This document shows positions 22,342 through 35,049 of a stretch of DNA of 64,000 nucleotides, in pieces. The translations under genes and the position numbers were made by a program. Origin of the DNA: Vairimorpha necatrix (lineage: Eukaryota); the NCBI GenBank assembly GCA_036630325.1, contig CP142737.1, forward strand, positions 248,001-312,000. The letters are read 5' to 3'. A model generated the notes under the pieces. The model had not been told where the DNA came from and ran no database searches. It worked only from the letters and a program-made list of their open reading frames with translations. Position 1 is the first letter of the stretch. Every line of letters starts with the position of its first letter.

Positions 22342-24576
22342 ATGGAAAGAGAACTTAATTCCCAGTTAAAACAAATACAGACAAATATCAAGCAAAATCT
22401 CATTAATAATAATTTACAGCCCACTCCAGAAAACATGATTAAATACACTGCTCAAACCATATTAAATATAGAAAATGAATCTTTGATTCCTCATTTATAT
22501 TCTGTCATCTTCGTATATAAAGATTTTATAAAATTCAACGAAGTACTAAATAATCTTATTATGAAACATATAAACTCAGTCTATCAAGATAAAGTTTTGA
22601 GACTGGTGAAAATATTAAATAACAACGACAACCACTCTTATTTACTATTTAAAAGTTTATTGGAAATATTTTATGATTCTGATAATCCAAAAATAAAGAA
22701 TCTTCTAGATTCTTTTAAATTAAAAGAAGACTATGCGAAAAATATTTCAGATGATTTAGAATTCATAAAATTCTATAAATTATTTTTTGATGAACTAATA
22801 GAGAAAGTAGATTTCAAAGAAAGACTCATTTCTTTAAATTCAAGAAGTCATTACATTTTGTTGCTTAAATATACAAAATACGTCATCGACGGCCCAGAAA
22901 TAAACAAACAAACTCTTCATGAAAATGATATAAATTCACTTTTCAGCATGAACAGCATAAAAACCAAAAAGGAGAAAAATTTGGATGAAAAAATTTATGA
23001 ATTAAATTATGTCATAAATTTAATCTTAAGAAACAAAGAGAACACGAAATATGGAAGTGATATGTTGAGAATAATTAATGAAATTTTACAATTTAATAAT
23101 ATTCATTTCTTAAAGACCAAAGTTCATATTATTGAAATTACAAAAGAGTTTAAAGATCTTTTAAATGAGATTTTAACTAACAGAGAGACAGAATTTATGT
23201 TTGTCCAAAAATTTTTCGCCATTAACAAGGCCTTTATTATTCCCAATTATATTTCTATAGTAAGAAATATTACAAGTGAGAAAATATTACAACAAATAGC
23301 CGCCTCAGTGGACATTGAAATATTAAGCCAGATTATAAAACTAGATATGAATTTAGTAAGATTTAGTACAAATAATGACATTTCTGTATTCTTAAATTTA
23401 TATGAACAAGATAATAAGATGATAAATATTATGCCAAATTTCTTAGATTATTGTACTGATCATAGCAATGCATTAGATAATTTTTATAATTTTATTTGTA
23501 TGAAATTAGAGTCGGATTTCTTTATAGTTTGTACGACACTCAGAAATATTTTGAGATCTCATGAATTAAATCTCAAAAAAGAATTAATTTTGACGAAAAT
23601 GATACCAAAAGAAACAAGTGAAAGAATAATCAGAGAATTTACTAAAGATGAAATATTTGATTTGATAATTAAGAATTATCAGAATAGTGCAGTTGTGAAT
23701 GACTTGTTATTTATAATTTCCAAATATCTAAAAGAAGAACACAGTTTTGATTTAGAAAATTATGACAAGATAAATTTATTTAAATTTTATATACCAAATT
23801 TAAAGATAAATTTAGAAATTATAAGTAAAGTTTTAGAAGAATGTAGAACGAAATCAGATAATCAGAAGAAGTTTTATGAAATTTTATACTACTTAGAAAA
23901 GTACAATAAAATTAATATAAATATTTGTAGTGAATTATTTGCACTTGACATGGTCAATAATTTACAGAATAATTCTCTAAAATGGAGAATTCGATATTTA
24001 TTTTTAAGACAGAAAAAAGGATGTTGTCAGAAATTAGATTTCTGTCGTATAAATTTCATAAATAATTTGATAATTAGTTTTTATCAAGGGAATAAAACTT
24101 GTAAAGAAGTCTGTGAAAACATTTTAGAAGAATTAATGAGAAATTCAGAATATAAAAATTTTATAATTAGATTCATAAGAGAAAATATAGAAAATAATGA
24201 TATAAATTTAAGATGTGGTAGTTTACAAGCATACGAATATATATTAAGAAATAATACGGAAGATTTACATATAGAAAATTTAAAAGAAGTTTATGAATAT
24301 TTATTTAAGATTTATAAAAATATAAATGCACTAATTATAATTAGACTTTTGACTAATTATGTCTTGTACACTGAAGGAATAATTAATGAAGGAATAGGAG
24401 ATATTATTGAATATTATATTGATAGTAAAAAGAAGAAATATAGAAAAGATATAAAATATTTAATAGGGTTAATTCTCAGTAAAAAGTGTTTTAGTTTAAG
24501 TAGAAAGGTAAAACAATATTACAAATTCAAAATAAAAACAGAAAACGAAGAAATTATTATTAAGAAAAAACAATAA
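22342..24576 (+). CDS. RRP12-like HEAT-repeat ribosome biogenesis protein
   Basis: ATG at 22342 after GCCCCAAAAT. IKQNLINNNLQPTPENM near the N-terminus and KYRKDIKYLIGLILSK near the C-terminus resemble Rrp12. Confidence 0.5.
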   Translation: MERELNSQLKQIQTNIKQNLINNNLQPTPENMIKYTAQTILNIENESLIPHLYSVIFVYKDFIKFNEVLNNLIMKHINSVYQDKVLRLVKILNNNDNHSYLLFKSLLEIFYDSDNPKIKNLLDSFKLKEDYAKNISDDLEFIKFYKLFFDELIEKVDFKERLISLNSRSHYILLLKYTKYVIDGPEINKQTLHENDINSLFSMNSIKTKKEKNLDEKIYELNYVINLILRNKENTKYGSDMLRIINEILQFNNIHFLKTKVHIIEITKEFKDLLNEILTNRETEFMFVQKFFAINKAFIIPNYISIVRNITSEKILQQIAASVDIEILSQIIKLDMNLVRFSTNNDISVFLNLYEQDNKMINIMPNFLDYCTDHSNALDNFYNFICMKLESDFFIVCTTLRNILRSHELNLKKELILTKMIPKETSERIIREFTKDEIFDLIIKNYQNSAVVNDLLFIISKYLKEEHSFDLENYDKINLFKFYIPNLKINLEIISKVLEECRTKSDNQKKFYEILYYLEKYNKININICSELFALDMVNNLQNNSLKWRIRYLFLRQKKGCCQKLDFCRINFINNLIISFYQGNKTCKEVCENILEELMRNSEYKNFIIRFIRENIENNDINLRCGSLQAYEYILRNNTEDLHIENLKEVYEYLFKIYKNINALIIIRLLTNYVLYTEGIINEGIGDIIEYYIDSKKKKYRKDIKYLIGLILSKKCFSLSRKVKQYYKFKIKTENEEIIIKKKQ

Positions 24577-24784
24577 AAAAAATATGAGTTTTGAATTTTG
24601 TATGTAAAAAAGCGCATTTGTTTTATTTTGCCTTTAAAAATAACGTATTTAACATACCAATATAAGTAATTTTTAGAATTCTTTTGAAATAATTATATGT
24701 GGTTTTTAATTTATGCATTTTTAGATTTTGACGACTTTGTTTGTTTTTTTTCTTATAAATATTTCTTTTTTATGCGGGGCATAA

Positions 24785-26149
24785 ATGGAAAATATTATAA
24801 ATTTGTACTGTACAGGTACAAAAAAATCTTTTTTACTCAAAATACCTTATAAAGATATTAAGACAAATTTAATTACAGCAAATGAATATTTAAACATTAG
24901 AGTAACAAATAAAATCTCTTTATTTGATATTCCTTTTGATATATTTTGTATTTACAGAGATGAAAAATTTGTATTTAGTACTACAAAAATTTCTATAAAT
25001 TCAGAAGATATTTCTAATCAAATAGAAAATTTAGAAAGTCATTTAATTGAATATTTAGAAATTTATTTTAGAGATAAAAATAAGATGATGATGACTAAAT
25101 CTGAAAAATCAGAATTTTATTTTAGACATAATATTTTTATAGATGAAAATGCAAATAAATATTTTGCATTTTATAAAAAATACATGTCTAAGACTCTAAT
25201 TTGTGTGGATAATTATAAGTTTGTTTATAAACAAACAAATTACAGACCAACGAAATTACTTGATGAAATTTTAAAGATAAAACCAAATAAGATTTTTTAT
25301 GCTACCATTTTCCCTTTTCTACCTCTTAATATTAATTTACTAATTTTAAGATCTAAACTCGATGAGGATTTTTATATTTTTCTTCATTATAGAGCTTTCA
25401 TGTTGTATTCTAAGATTTATCCAAAACTTTCGTATTTATTTATTCACAATATTATAGATAAACTCAAATCTTCCCTTAATATAGAATTAGTAGATCATTT
25501 TAAGTCACTTTCTTTTAATTTATTTAATTTACCAAACTGGTTAAATCTTTTTAGATTATTTGATGACTGGACTAATAAATCTGATATTATCAAGTTTGGT
25601 ATGCCTTTATCTAAGATTCATCAGGATTTAGATATTCCTAAATATGATATAACTATTATTTCGGGTAATAGAATCTTCAAGGATGAGTCTATTATTTTTA
25701 ATTTAGAAAATGCCTCTTACGTAAATAATAGTTTTATTATAAGCAGTAATATGCCTGTCTATATAAATATGCTTATTTGTGAAGTGAATAATCAAGAATA
25801 CGCCTTGCCTGTGTATAGAAATATTAGTAGTAAAGAGAAAATACTAGTAAATCTTGACAGATTTAACAATGAAGATATATTGAAATTGACTAAGATAATA
25901 TTACCTTATAATACTCTACATATAAATTATGAGTTTATTTATATTAAGAAGATCTTCGATATCTCTCCAGATGTATATTTAGATTTAAAATGTAAGATCT
26001 ATAAGATTAAAAATAATAAAAAATTTTTATATGAAAATTATACAGAGACAATTGGAGAAGATAAATATTTATTCCTTGGAAAGGGAGAGAGTTCTAAGTT
26101 AAGATATAAAATTAGAGAAAACTATTATGAAGAACAACAATTACACTAA
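24785..26149 (+). CDS. Hypothetical protein
   Basis: 454-aa ORF with GGGG motif just upstream of the ATG; no motif recognised. Confidence 0.75.
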   Translation: MENIINLYCTGTKKSFLLKIPYKDIKTNLITANEYLNIRVTNKISLFDIPFDIFCIYRDEKFVFSTTKISINSEDISNQIENLESHLIEYLEIYFRDKNKMMMTKSEKSEFYFRHNIFIDENANKYFAFYKKYMSKTLICVDNYKFVYKQTNYRPTKLLDEILKIKPNKIFYATIFPFLPLNINLLILRSKLDEDFYIFLHYRAFMLYSKIYPKLSYLFIHNIIDKLKSSLNIELVDHFKSLSFNLFNLPNWLNLFRLFDDWTNKSDIIKFGMPLSKIHQDLDIPKYDITIISGNRIFKDESIIFNLENASYVNNSFIISSNMPVYINMLICEVNNQEYALPVYRNISSKEKILVNLDRFNNEDILKLTKIILPYNTLHINYEFIYIKKIFDISPDVYLDLKCKIYKIKNNKKFLYENYTETIGEDKYLFLGKGESSKLRYKIRENYYEEQQLH

Positions 26150-28551
26150 AAAAGCATATTTTAAAACACAACAGCTAGAAAAAAAATAAATTTTTTTGCC
26201 TAAGATTTTTATAATTATAATGAACTCTCTGTTCAAAATCATCGAATAGCGCAATTCCCTCGGACTTAGATTTTTTAAAACAGTTATATAGATTTACATT
26301 TTATATTGTAGTATAATAAAGTTAATACTTTCCATCATATGAGTATCTCTTTGACTTAATCTTAATCTTGCTTCATGAAATGTCAGATTGATTATACGGT
26401 CGATGTTAGATTTATGATCATCAAAGAAATATTAATGTCTTTTTATGACCTTTTTTTATTCCTTCAATATAATGTCATTAAGCCAGGAGTACTTATATTC
26501 GCATTTGTTTTAGCGATTAAACCTACCAGGCATGACCAAATCTAAAAAAGAACATTGGATCCTAAGTAGATTCAACATTTCTAGCGAGGCATATTGATCT
26601 TTAAAAACCATATTTTTTTATATTTATATTTCATTTTACTGACTAGAAACAAAATCTATCTTTAGTTGCTTTTCGTATATACAGTACAAAATCGTATTCA
26701 ACTGCTTCGTAGAGAGCACCTTTTCTTTTTTGTCTCATATATATTGTCGTCTTTCCGTGTTCTTTCGTGGTCTTCAGTTTGCCTAAAATAAAAAAAACTT
26801 AAGCTGGCTTTGAAACAATTAATTTGATTTAGGCAACAAATTTAATATATACTCGACATTCTCTGCATATTTTGCTAAAAAAATTTACCACTACATAACA
26901 TTAGTATTGGTTAATAATTTTCAATATACTGAATACCATTGAACTAAGACAATAAGCTTTATCAATATTGTAAATGGACTGTAATAAAAAATCAACCGTA
27001 TTTTTAGAAGCGACAATCTTGGTTATTTAGCAAAATTTTATAAAAAAAATATTTAGTGGTTTAACAATTTCGTTTTACTTACAATTATATTTGTACATAT
27101 TCACGTATGACCTTTTTTACTGAGATATTTCTTCTCAAATTAACTCTATTTTTCTTAATAAAAGCGCGTATGATCAGCTTCAAAATGAATATCCTATTGA
27201 ATGTCTTGAAATGATTTGGTTTGTATGTGCTTTTTGAAATACTACATATTAAAGACAAAAAAAATTAAATAAATATGACATTAATTTATAATTCAAATGA
27301 TGATCCTGTAGAATATTGACTTATTTTAATGTTTATCTCCGAAATAATTCTCAATGTACATTATCTTGGACTCAGCGCGCATAAAAAACTTAGATCTGAG
27401 AAAAGTACCAGTTAATGTGACTATACATTGTATTTATTGCAAGTTAAATCATAAAACAAAGATTGAATGGATACCAGAATGGCTCGAAGCCGTCATCCTG
27501 TGCGACTTATACGATATAATTCTTACGTTAAACCACAATCCATTAAATTTGCCGGCAAAGCAAATGTCGTCATATATATCAATTTGTCGCATCTATAACC
27601 ATATCACATTTGTAATTGCCTTTCATAAAAAAAGTTTTTGGCCCGGTTATTAATCCTACGGCAGACATCCTTGTACTAACACGTGATAGCACTGCTCTGC
27701 ATCTCATACATGGCACCCTAAATCAGAAAACTTAATATATGACTGCGTTGTCCAGTATGGTAAAAAATTACGTTGAAAAAAAAATTCAAGAGCGCACAAC
27801 CCGCCTATTTCGATCCACAAGAGCTTTACACCTGAGCAAGAGACATAGAACCTACATTATCTCTGGCTTTGGAGCTGTTTTCAAACTAGAAGTAACCATC
27901 CTTGGCCGAAGCAAAACGAATTGTATGAATCGGCTTGAAGATTGCCATGAACACATTTCATAATTCGAATAGAGTTATCATCAAAAAATAAGAATTTTAC
28001 CTCATGGAAATCGTTTGAAATTTAATATGATTCAACACAATGCTTTCGAACACTAAATAATAGGCATCCTGCGATTATATATTAACCAATAATTCGTAGT
28101 CAGAAAGGTGGTGTAATGTTTTGTATGCTTCAGAATTATATTTAACAAAATAAGTTTAATCTTAATATTACTTTTAAGCCATGAACGTGCATGATTACGC
28201 TATAATTGTTATAATATGTTATATTTTTCAAAATTTAATTAAATATATTATCGTATGTAATAAGACAAATGTCATACATATAAAAAGATGTTTTCTTTGT
28301 ATATAGTAAGATATTCGATAATATAGATGGAATTTGAATTTCGATATTTTGCATGGCCATGACTCATAAAAAAATCATTGCACTATTTATTCGTACAATA
28401 ATATAATTCAAAATCGATTTAAAATTTTTAGTGGCATCTAAACGACTACAAACTTTTTTATAAACGTATTGATGATATTGTATTATATGATGATGTCAAT
28501 ATTTTATATTAGTTTTCCACATATATAAAAAATATTTTATAAATCCCTTAA

Positions 28552-29220
28552 ATGAGATATTTCGAAACAAGCAATGAATCCAGCGACTCATCAAGTTACT
28601 CTGAAATAATATTAGAAAGAGACAGTGAATTAAATAAAAATTTTGAAGTGAATAGGAAAAAAATGGAAATCCGAAGACTTGAGCAAAACCTAAGCCTTTT
28701 AGTTACTACAAAAAAAAATAAGTATTCACAACAATACAAAGGCATACCCAAAATAAAAAACACTAGCAGAATTCTCGAAAAATTATTTAAAATAGCCATT
28801 CCTATAAACCCAAGATATGAAATAAATATAGGGCCCCCTTCAGAAACATCTAACCAACAAAGTACCGTAATCAGAGAAGATTTGCCAGAAAAAGAGCTTC
28901 TTCGCCGAACATTTTACATCGCAGGGGAAATGCGAAGGAAAATTTATTCAAATCAAAATCTAGAAGATTTATCAGGAATGCTGAGTGAACATGAAGATTG
29001 TATAGATTGTTTAAGAGCACGTATTAAACGTGACATGATAATAGAGACCGAAGATGAAGACTATGAAGACGGAATAATCCTTTATAAATTGTGGATACTT
29101 ACAACATTCTATAAATTTTTTGGTAAAGATACCTTTGATAAATTAATTAATAAACTCAATATACCAAAAAATAAGTTATGTTTTATTAAATTAATTAGAA
29201 AATATTATCAGGAACTATAA
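28552..29220 (+). CDS. Cdc37-like paralogue A (most diverged)
   Basis: Ser-rich N-terminus. NQNLEDL and FGKDTFDKLINKLNIPKNKLCFIKLIRKYYQE align with the 36298 gene (NQSLEYF; HGKGQLDKLIIELKIPDKKKEFIKEIQRYYQE). CCC upstream. Confidence 0.7.
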   Translation: MRYFETSNESSDSSSYSEIILERDSELNKNFEVNRKKMEIRRLEQNLSLLVTTKKNKYSQQYKGIPKIKNTSRILEKLFKIAIPINPRYEINIGPPSETSNQQSTVIREDLPEKELLRRTFYIAGEMRRKIYSNQNLEDLSGMLSEHEDCIDCLRARIKRDMIIETEDEDYEDGIILYKLWILTTFYKFFGKDTFDKLINKLNIPKNKLCFIKLIRKYYQEL

Positions 29221-31389
29221 CACCCGATAAATGTAATTAAAATTAATATAAAAATTAAAAATATTTCTTTTTATTGTATACCTCAGTGCTATGAAAACTA
29301 CAACAAAAAAATTATCATTGTTTTCATCAAGTAATTAAGTATGTAAAAACTTTAATGTATCTATTATGTAAAAATTGACATTATAAGGAGATTCAAATAC
29401 ATAACATATTTTTATTTAATACCATCTTAGTCTCATTACTAATACTATACACGAATTGGGCGCTTCAATTTGTCACTTACACGTCATTATATACTAATCA
29501 GATTTCTTGAAATTCATGAGTTTATGTTTAAACTGTTAAATTTAAAATTCTGTTACTTAAGAACTAAGATTTCGAAAAATTGCACCTGCTTGTTATCAAA
29601 CATCTGTGGCAATACAAGTTAGGGTACATAAAGGCATTTTTTAGATTTCTTTTTTTTCTAACCTCCCTCACAAATAAAAGGAAGTCAATAAAAAAAAATG
29701 AGACAAAAATTACCTGTATTTTTGAACTTAAAAATTTAAGATTACAAGAAATCGACCCGCCAAAGTGCCATGTTTATATTTCTATATAACCGAATAAACT
29801 TTCTAAAATTCTATGTTTGAATTTCTATAATACCATATTTGTTAGAAAAAATTTTATCATTTTATGTCTTTTTTTGCTTTTCCATGCTTGGCCAGCCTAT
29901 CATATTTCTGTTAAATCACGACATTTATCGCCATAATCTAAAAGCAATAAATTTTACATACTTGTATTAATTACGCGATCCGTAGAATGAAAATTTAATC
30001 TAACCACAGAAAAAAAAACTTCAATGATTTGTATTTGGGAAGCAAGGATACATTAAATTTTGATTGATGTCTAAATAAAATTTTTGTAAAACCTCACGCG
30101 AATGATAAAAACTAGCATTAACTATGGTAACACTTAATTAGGATTGTTCCAAAGTACAATAGATAAATCATTCCTAAAAAAATTTTATGAAACTTTCAGA
30201 GGGGGACGCCCAAGTGGAAATATAAATACCAAGAATTAATTGATTTCAATGGGATACATACGGCTAACATGTTGGTCACTATTTGCTAACACGACCATAC
30301 AGGCTATGGTAACCTTCGAGAAGTATTTATAAGTCCCTGTCGTGTGGGGTTTAACTTCCGTTTTAAAAAAAAAACTAGGTGTTCGGTTGAGAACCTACTA
30401 ATGTCTATGACATAGATGCATCTTTATTTATTTTGTCTGGGTAATTGCCCTTAACTTTATTAAAAAAAGATAGTTTCTTGTTATATCGACTATTTAAGTT
30501 TTTTTTCGATATTGAGATATGATCAAATTCACGTTAGTTTGCATTTTTATTCGAAATTTCTTTAAGAACCAAATCGCTTGCACATCAACTATAGTTCTTA
30601 TATATACGGTCTGTATCAAAAGTAAGTCGTTTTTTTTCTTGTCTGCGATGTAGACCTATTAGATTGATTGTGCTGTTTTCTTATGTAGACGAAACGGTTT
30701 TACGATATAAATAACATATTAAAAGGTTTTCAATTTGAACGTTTTTTTTCTCTCGCTTACTCTAAAACAAAGTATTTACTTCGACTGTAATTGTTTTGTC
30801 ATCTTTTTTTACCATTAAAGAGCTTGAAAATCCAAAAATCTATGACGTCATAGAACCTCGAACATGGCACTGCAACGACCCAATCCCTGTAATATATTTT
30901 TGGATAGAGAATTATACATTGAATTTTGTTTTTTTAATCGTCTTTATCAATATGTAAATATTCTACGCTTTAGTCTTGTTTATCATAAGGATTTTTTAAA
31001 AGTCTCGAAATTTAGAAAATATAATGTTTATGAATAAATAGGTCATCGATGAACAATTGAAAACAAATTTTTACTACTCAAATTGTTTATATAGAATTAA
31101 GTAACTTATAATATTTAAATGGATTAGATCTTAAAATAAAGATTGATGATCAACATTCCCATAATCAAATTTTGTATTTTTAAAATGAATAATTGGTAAG
31201 TTAACTTTGGTTTCAATTTCTCCTCGTTTTTAATCGCATTTTTTTTTGTTAGGAAAAAAATTAACGCCCTTAAGGGATATTTAAAATTTTTTCCGCCTAT
31301 ATTAATTTATACCTATTTGTACTTCAAAATTTTTTATAGAACCCCAAATTTCCTTAAAAATATATGTTTAACTAAAAATAATTATATTT

Positions 31390-31625
31390 GGAGCTATAGT
31401 AACTAATTTCACCGTACGCATATCAAAGTGCTCAGATTAGAACCCAGAACGGAAGCATATATACAGTCAAGAGTCCTTAAAATGACTTTAGAAAGCCTAA
31501 CTATGTCAGCCAGACATGGGCTTGATACAGATCAGGAAGGGGTTTTCGAGAGCCCAATGAGTGAATCTCAGAAGGAAGTCCCGGAACTGCCAGATGAGAC
31601 TGTAAGCGTATCTTGTGAAAAGTAA
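31390..31625 (+). mobile_element. 3' fragment of an R4-like (RLE) non-LTR retrotransposon
   Basis: Translates (with a frameshift) IVTNFHRTHIKVLRLEPRTEAYIQSRVLKMTLE, homologous to VITQYHRKYIRDLEIRPYLEAYNQSIVQKT in the 35 kb relic. Confidence 0.6.
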
Positions 31626-32330
31626 TTAATAAGCCGAATATTATACCCAAATAATTTATATATTATGGAGCTATACAATATGGTAATATTAAATTTTTGT
31701 CGTTTTTTTTGTATCATAGGCGAAAATTGAAGGTAAATTATAACGTTATTTTATGATGATAAAATTAAAAAAAATTTTATCTTAGATCTAGATTAAACAG
31801 CACAAAAAAAAACAAAGTGTATGTCCCACAAAAAAAACCAACTATATTTTTGAAAATTAAAAATCGGATTATACCAATCTGGCTCAAGAAAATACATTGA
31901 TCTATGTTTTTTAGAATAAAAGAACGATTTGCTTATGTACATAAGAAAGTATAGGTTAAATAAGGTTTACATCTATTAAACAAAAAAAATGAATAGTTTT
32001 TTGAATTATACTTAATATCATGGTGTAAATAATATAAATAGATCGTAAAAACTGGTTAATTGCAGCAAAGTCGGCGTTTAAATGGTAAAATCGCAAAGCT
32101 CATATGTAAAAATATAAAGACTACCATATATTTATTATTATAAACTGTTAAAATTTTTTTGTTTAAATTAATTTTTTAACTAATCATACGAAGTTATGTG
32201 CAAATAATAGTTAGAAATCCTCTGCAATGAATTTCTTTATACTTGTTTAAATGCCAATTCACTGTTTATTAAAATTCTAGTGTTAATAAACAACAAGTGA
32301 CAAAACAAATATAGAACACTCGCCCCCAGA

Positions 32331-32564
32331 ATGGGTAAACATACCCTAGTAATGATTATAATTACATATGTAACTATGTGTATAATAAGTTATACAATAA
32401 AACATACTCTTAGATATATAATAAAACATGCAATGAAACACATAGTAAGATCTTTAATAAGACATATAATACAATATATACTAGGACATATATATAAATA
32501 TATAAAGAGGCATATATTATTGTATATAATTAACTATATATTAAGAATGATTAAAGAAATATAA
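32331..32564 (+). CDS. Candidate small cationic amphipathic protein with 4-residue periodicity
   Basis: CCCCC at 32323-32327 just before the ATG. Hydrophobic N-terminus followed by KHTL RYII KHAM KHIV RSLI RHII QYIL GHIY KYIK RHIL. Confidence 0.4.
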   Translation: MGKHTLVMIIITYVTMCIISYTIKHTLRYIIKHAMKHIVRSLIRHIIQYILGHIYKYIKRHILLYIINYILRMIKEI

Positions 32565-32650
32565 CAAATAATTATATAGTAATATTAAGAGTAAACAAAA
32601 AATGTTAAAACGTGAGTTATGTAATTTTGTAGGTTCAAAATATACATACA

Positions 32651-33145
32651 CTAGCGCATACTTTCAGTTTTTAATGAGATTTGTAAATTATGTTTTTTTA
32701 ACATGAACCTCTTTATTTTTTTCTTTCCATTTTTGGAAAGAAGAATTTTAAAATGAAAACTTGAGTTTATAAATAAGAAAACATTTTTAATTGGCATATA
32801 AATAATTAAATTAAAGTAAAACATGAAGAAAATTTAATTAGATAATATTAAATGTTTTTAAGCCTAACTTTGATTTTTAGTATTTATAATTTTTGATTAT
32901 TATTTGTTTCGGATAAGTTGATAAATTATAAAAAATTCATATGTTATTTGATACAAAGTTTTGAAAAAAATATTTAGAACAAAAACGCATTGTTATATAA
33001 TATACGCACATATAATTATCAAATTATTATTTTAAATTTATATCTGATATTATTTTTACATAATAAGTAAAAAATAATTGTTTAGGGATTTCAAAATCAT
33101 TGAAAAGAGGGGTAAAAATTAATCAAACTTTTGAAATATATTTGA
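32651..33145 (-). mobile_element. Degenerate Helitron, copy 3
   Basis: Plus strand starts CTAGCGCATACTTTC and ends AAAAGAGGGGTAAAAATTAA...TATATTTGA, colinear with copies 1 and 2. A/T flanks; hairpin decayed. Confidence 0.75.
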
Positions 33146-33182
33146 TCTGCAAATTATAAGCTATATTTTTTTTACCCCATAA

Positions 33183-33791
33183 ATGAGTGATAATGAAAGC
33201 AGCACTGAATTCGTCGAAATCCCAACTGCCGTAGAACTTCATCACTACGTCGACGGAAAAAGCTGTAAAAAATGTAATGGAGAACCAAGAAAAAATGAAG
33301 ATGGAGATTCCAAGGAAAACTGCAAAATCTCATTTAATCTTATAAATCCAACAGAAGGACAAAATATGGATGAGAAAAATTCTACAGTATTACTTAAACC
33401 TAGATTTAAAGCGTATATTAAAACTTCAGAAAGAACCGGAACTGAACAAGAAAATTATCATCGTAGCATCTTGGTGGGATTATTTATGAATCAAAGCTTG
33501 GAATATCTCAAAGATACATTAATTGAGAACAGATCATGCATAAAAGATCTACTAGACATTGTTAAATACAATTTGACTAAATCTTGTCAAGATGACTGCA
33601 ACAATTTTGGGCTTTATTATAGTCAATTGTTTATATTTATGTCATATTTCGAAAAATATGGCATAGAAGGATTAGATATTTTGATAGATTCATTTAAAAA
33701 ACCAGGAAATAAGGAAAAATTTATTAAAAATGTCATTGAAAAATGTTATTATGAAACTAAGGACCAAGTACGTAAATTGTTAAAAAAATAA
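33183..33791 (+). CDS. Cdc37-like paralogue B
   Basis: Colinear with the 36298 gene: STEFVE..ELHHYVDGKS, NPTE, LKPRF, RTG, NQSLEY. HPNID is altered to HHYVD. Confidence 0.85.
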   Translation: MSDNESSTEFVEIPTAVELHHYVDGKSCKKCNGEPRKNEDGDSKENCKISFNLINPTEGQNMDEKNSTVLLKPRFKAYIKTSERTGTEQENYHRSILVGLFMNQSLEYLKDTLIENRSCIKDLLDIVKYNLTKSCQDDCNNFGLYYSQLFIFMSYFEKYGIEGLDILIDSFKKPGNKEKFIKNVIEKCYYETKDQVRKLLKK

Positions 33792-35049
33792 TAAAAAAAA
33801 TTTGTTAGTAGACTTTTCGCAAATATTAAAAAACATTTACATTTATAAAACAAAATTTAAAAAAATTACATAAAATTTGAAGTTAAATTCATTTTCTTTG
33901 AAATTTAATAAGACATAAACAGAAGAAACAATTTAAGGATTTTTTTCTATTTCTCTTATTTTAATATTTTTTTGACCTCAAATTTGTTTCCTTGTTGATA
34001 TTTACTTTTGAAGACATTGTTAAATCAACTTACGTCTCAATGGAGCATTTACAAAAATTACGTTAATTTTGACTTAATTTAAATTCAAAAAGACGCGACT
34101 TAAAAACTAAAAAAAATTTATCCCAAGAAAAATAATTTTTTTTTGAAAGTTTTGCAAAATTGGCTAAAATTTTTTTAAATATTAAAAAATTTAATTTTAT
34201 GATACCGTTTGTGTTTTTATAAGGTTCTTGTAGCGCCTAATAATTATTTTTTTTTTTGAATGTAAGCCAAAAACAGTGGGAAGTCAAAGTTATAGGCTAA
34301 GGTGCACTTTAGTCGACAAAACTTCGATGTGGGGTGGGGATTTTTGCTACCTTTGTCATCAAAATGGGAAAGAAAATGATTAGGAAGTAACAAAAATAAA
34401 ATAGTCAAACAATCTATATTAATATGACAAAAAACGTTGATAATACCCCAACACCATATACTATATAGATATTCGCCTTTCCTAATTTCTTTACGACAAT
34501 AAGAGTTTTAGTTCGACTATTTTTAATGTTCAAAAAAATTTTTATTCGGAAAAATAAGAGAATGAATATAAAGCTAAAAAATGAAAGAATTAATTTATTT
34601 CCTGACTATATATAAAAAGGAAAAACCAGTCACAATTACATTTTCTGGCAATTCTGTTGTAAGAACATAAACACATCCTTAAACCTGAAGTTATTCATTA
34701 AAATTTATATATAATACACTTATGCTTTGTTTTAGAACAAAAAATCCTTTGTAGAAGATTCCCGATTCGTGTCTCGTTCGATTTTTTCTTCATTTTTTAA
34801 AAAAGGCAAAGCCCCCTTCATATCAAATTTTAGCTGCTAAGGCTTTTTTAGACCAAAACGTATGAAACGTGAGTTTTATTTTGTAGATTCACAATATTCA
34901 CCCATCCTGCAGATTATTTTTTTCATATTATTTATTGAGTTAGTTTCCAATTAAGTGTAAATATTTGTAGCACAAATAATCCTGGAATTTAGCTCTTCAC
35001 AGCCTACGATTTCTGTGGGATTGTTTTCGTTTTTCAACTCCAAACCTTC

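Noticed and set aside
27300-28100. Possible MULE-like transposase relic or small genes
   Set aside because: Slightly GC-richer with vague motif echoes only; no alignable catalytic motif seen.
30200-30360. Gypsy integrase relic (HDHTGYG)
   Set aside because: A single short motif that cannot be extended.
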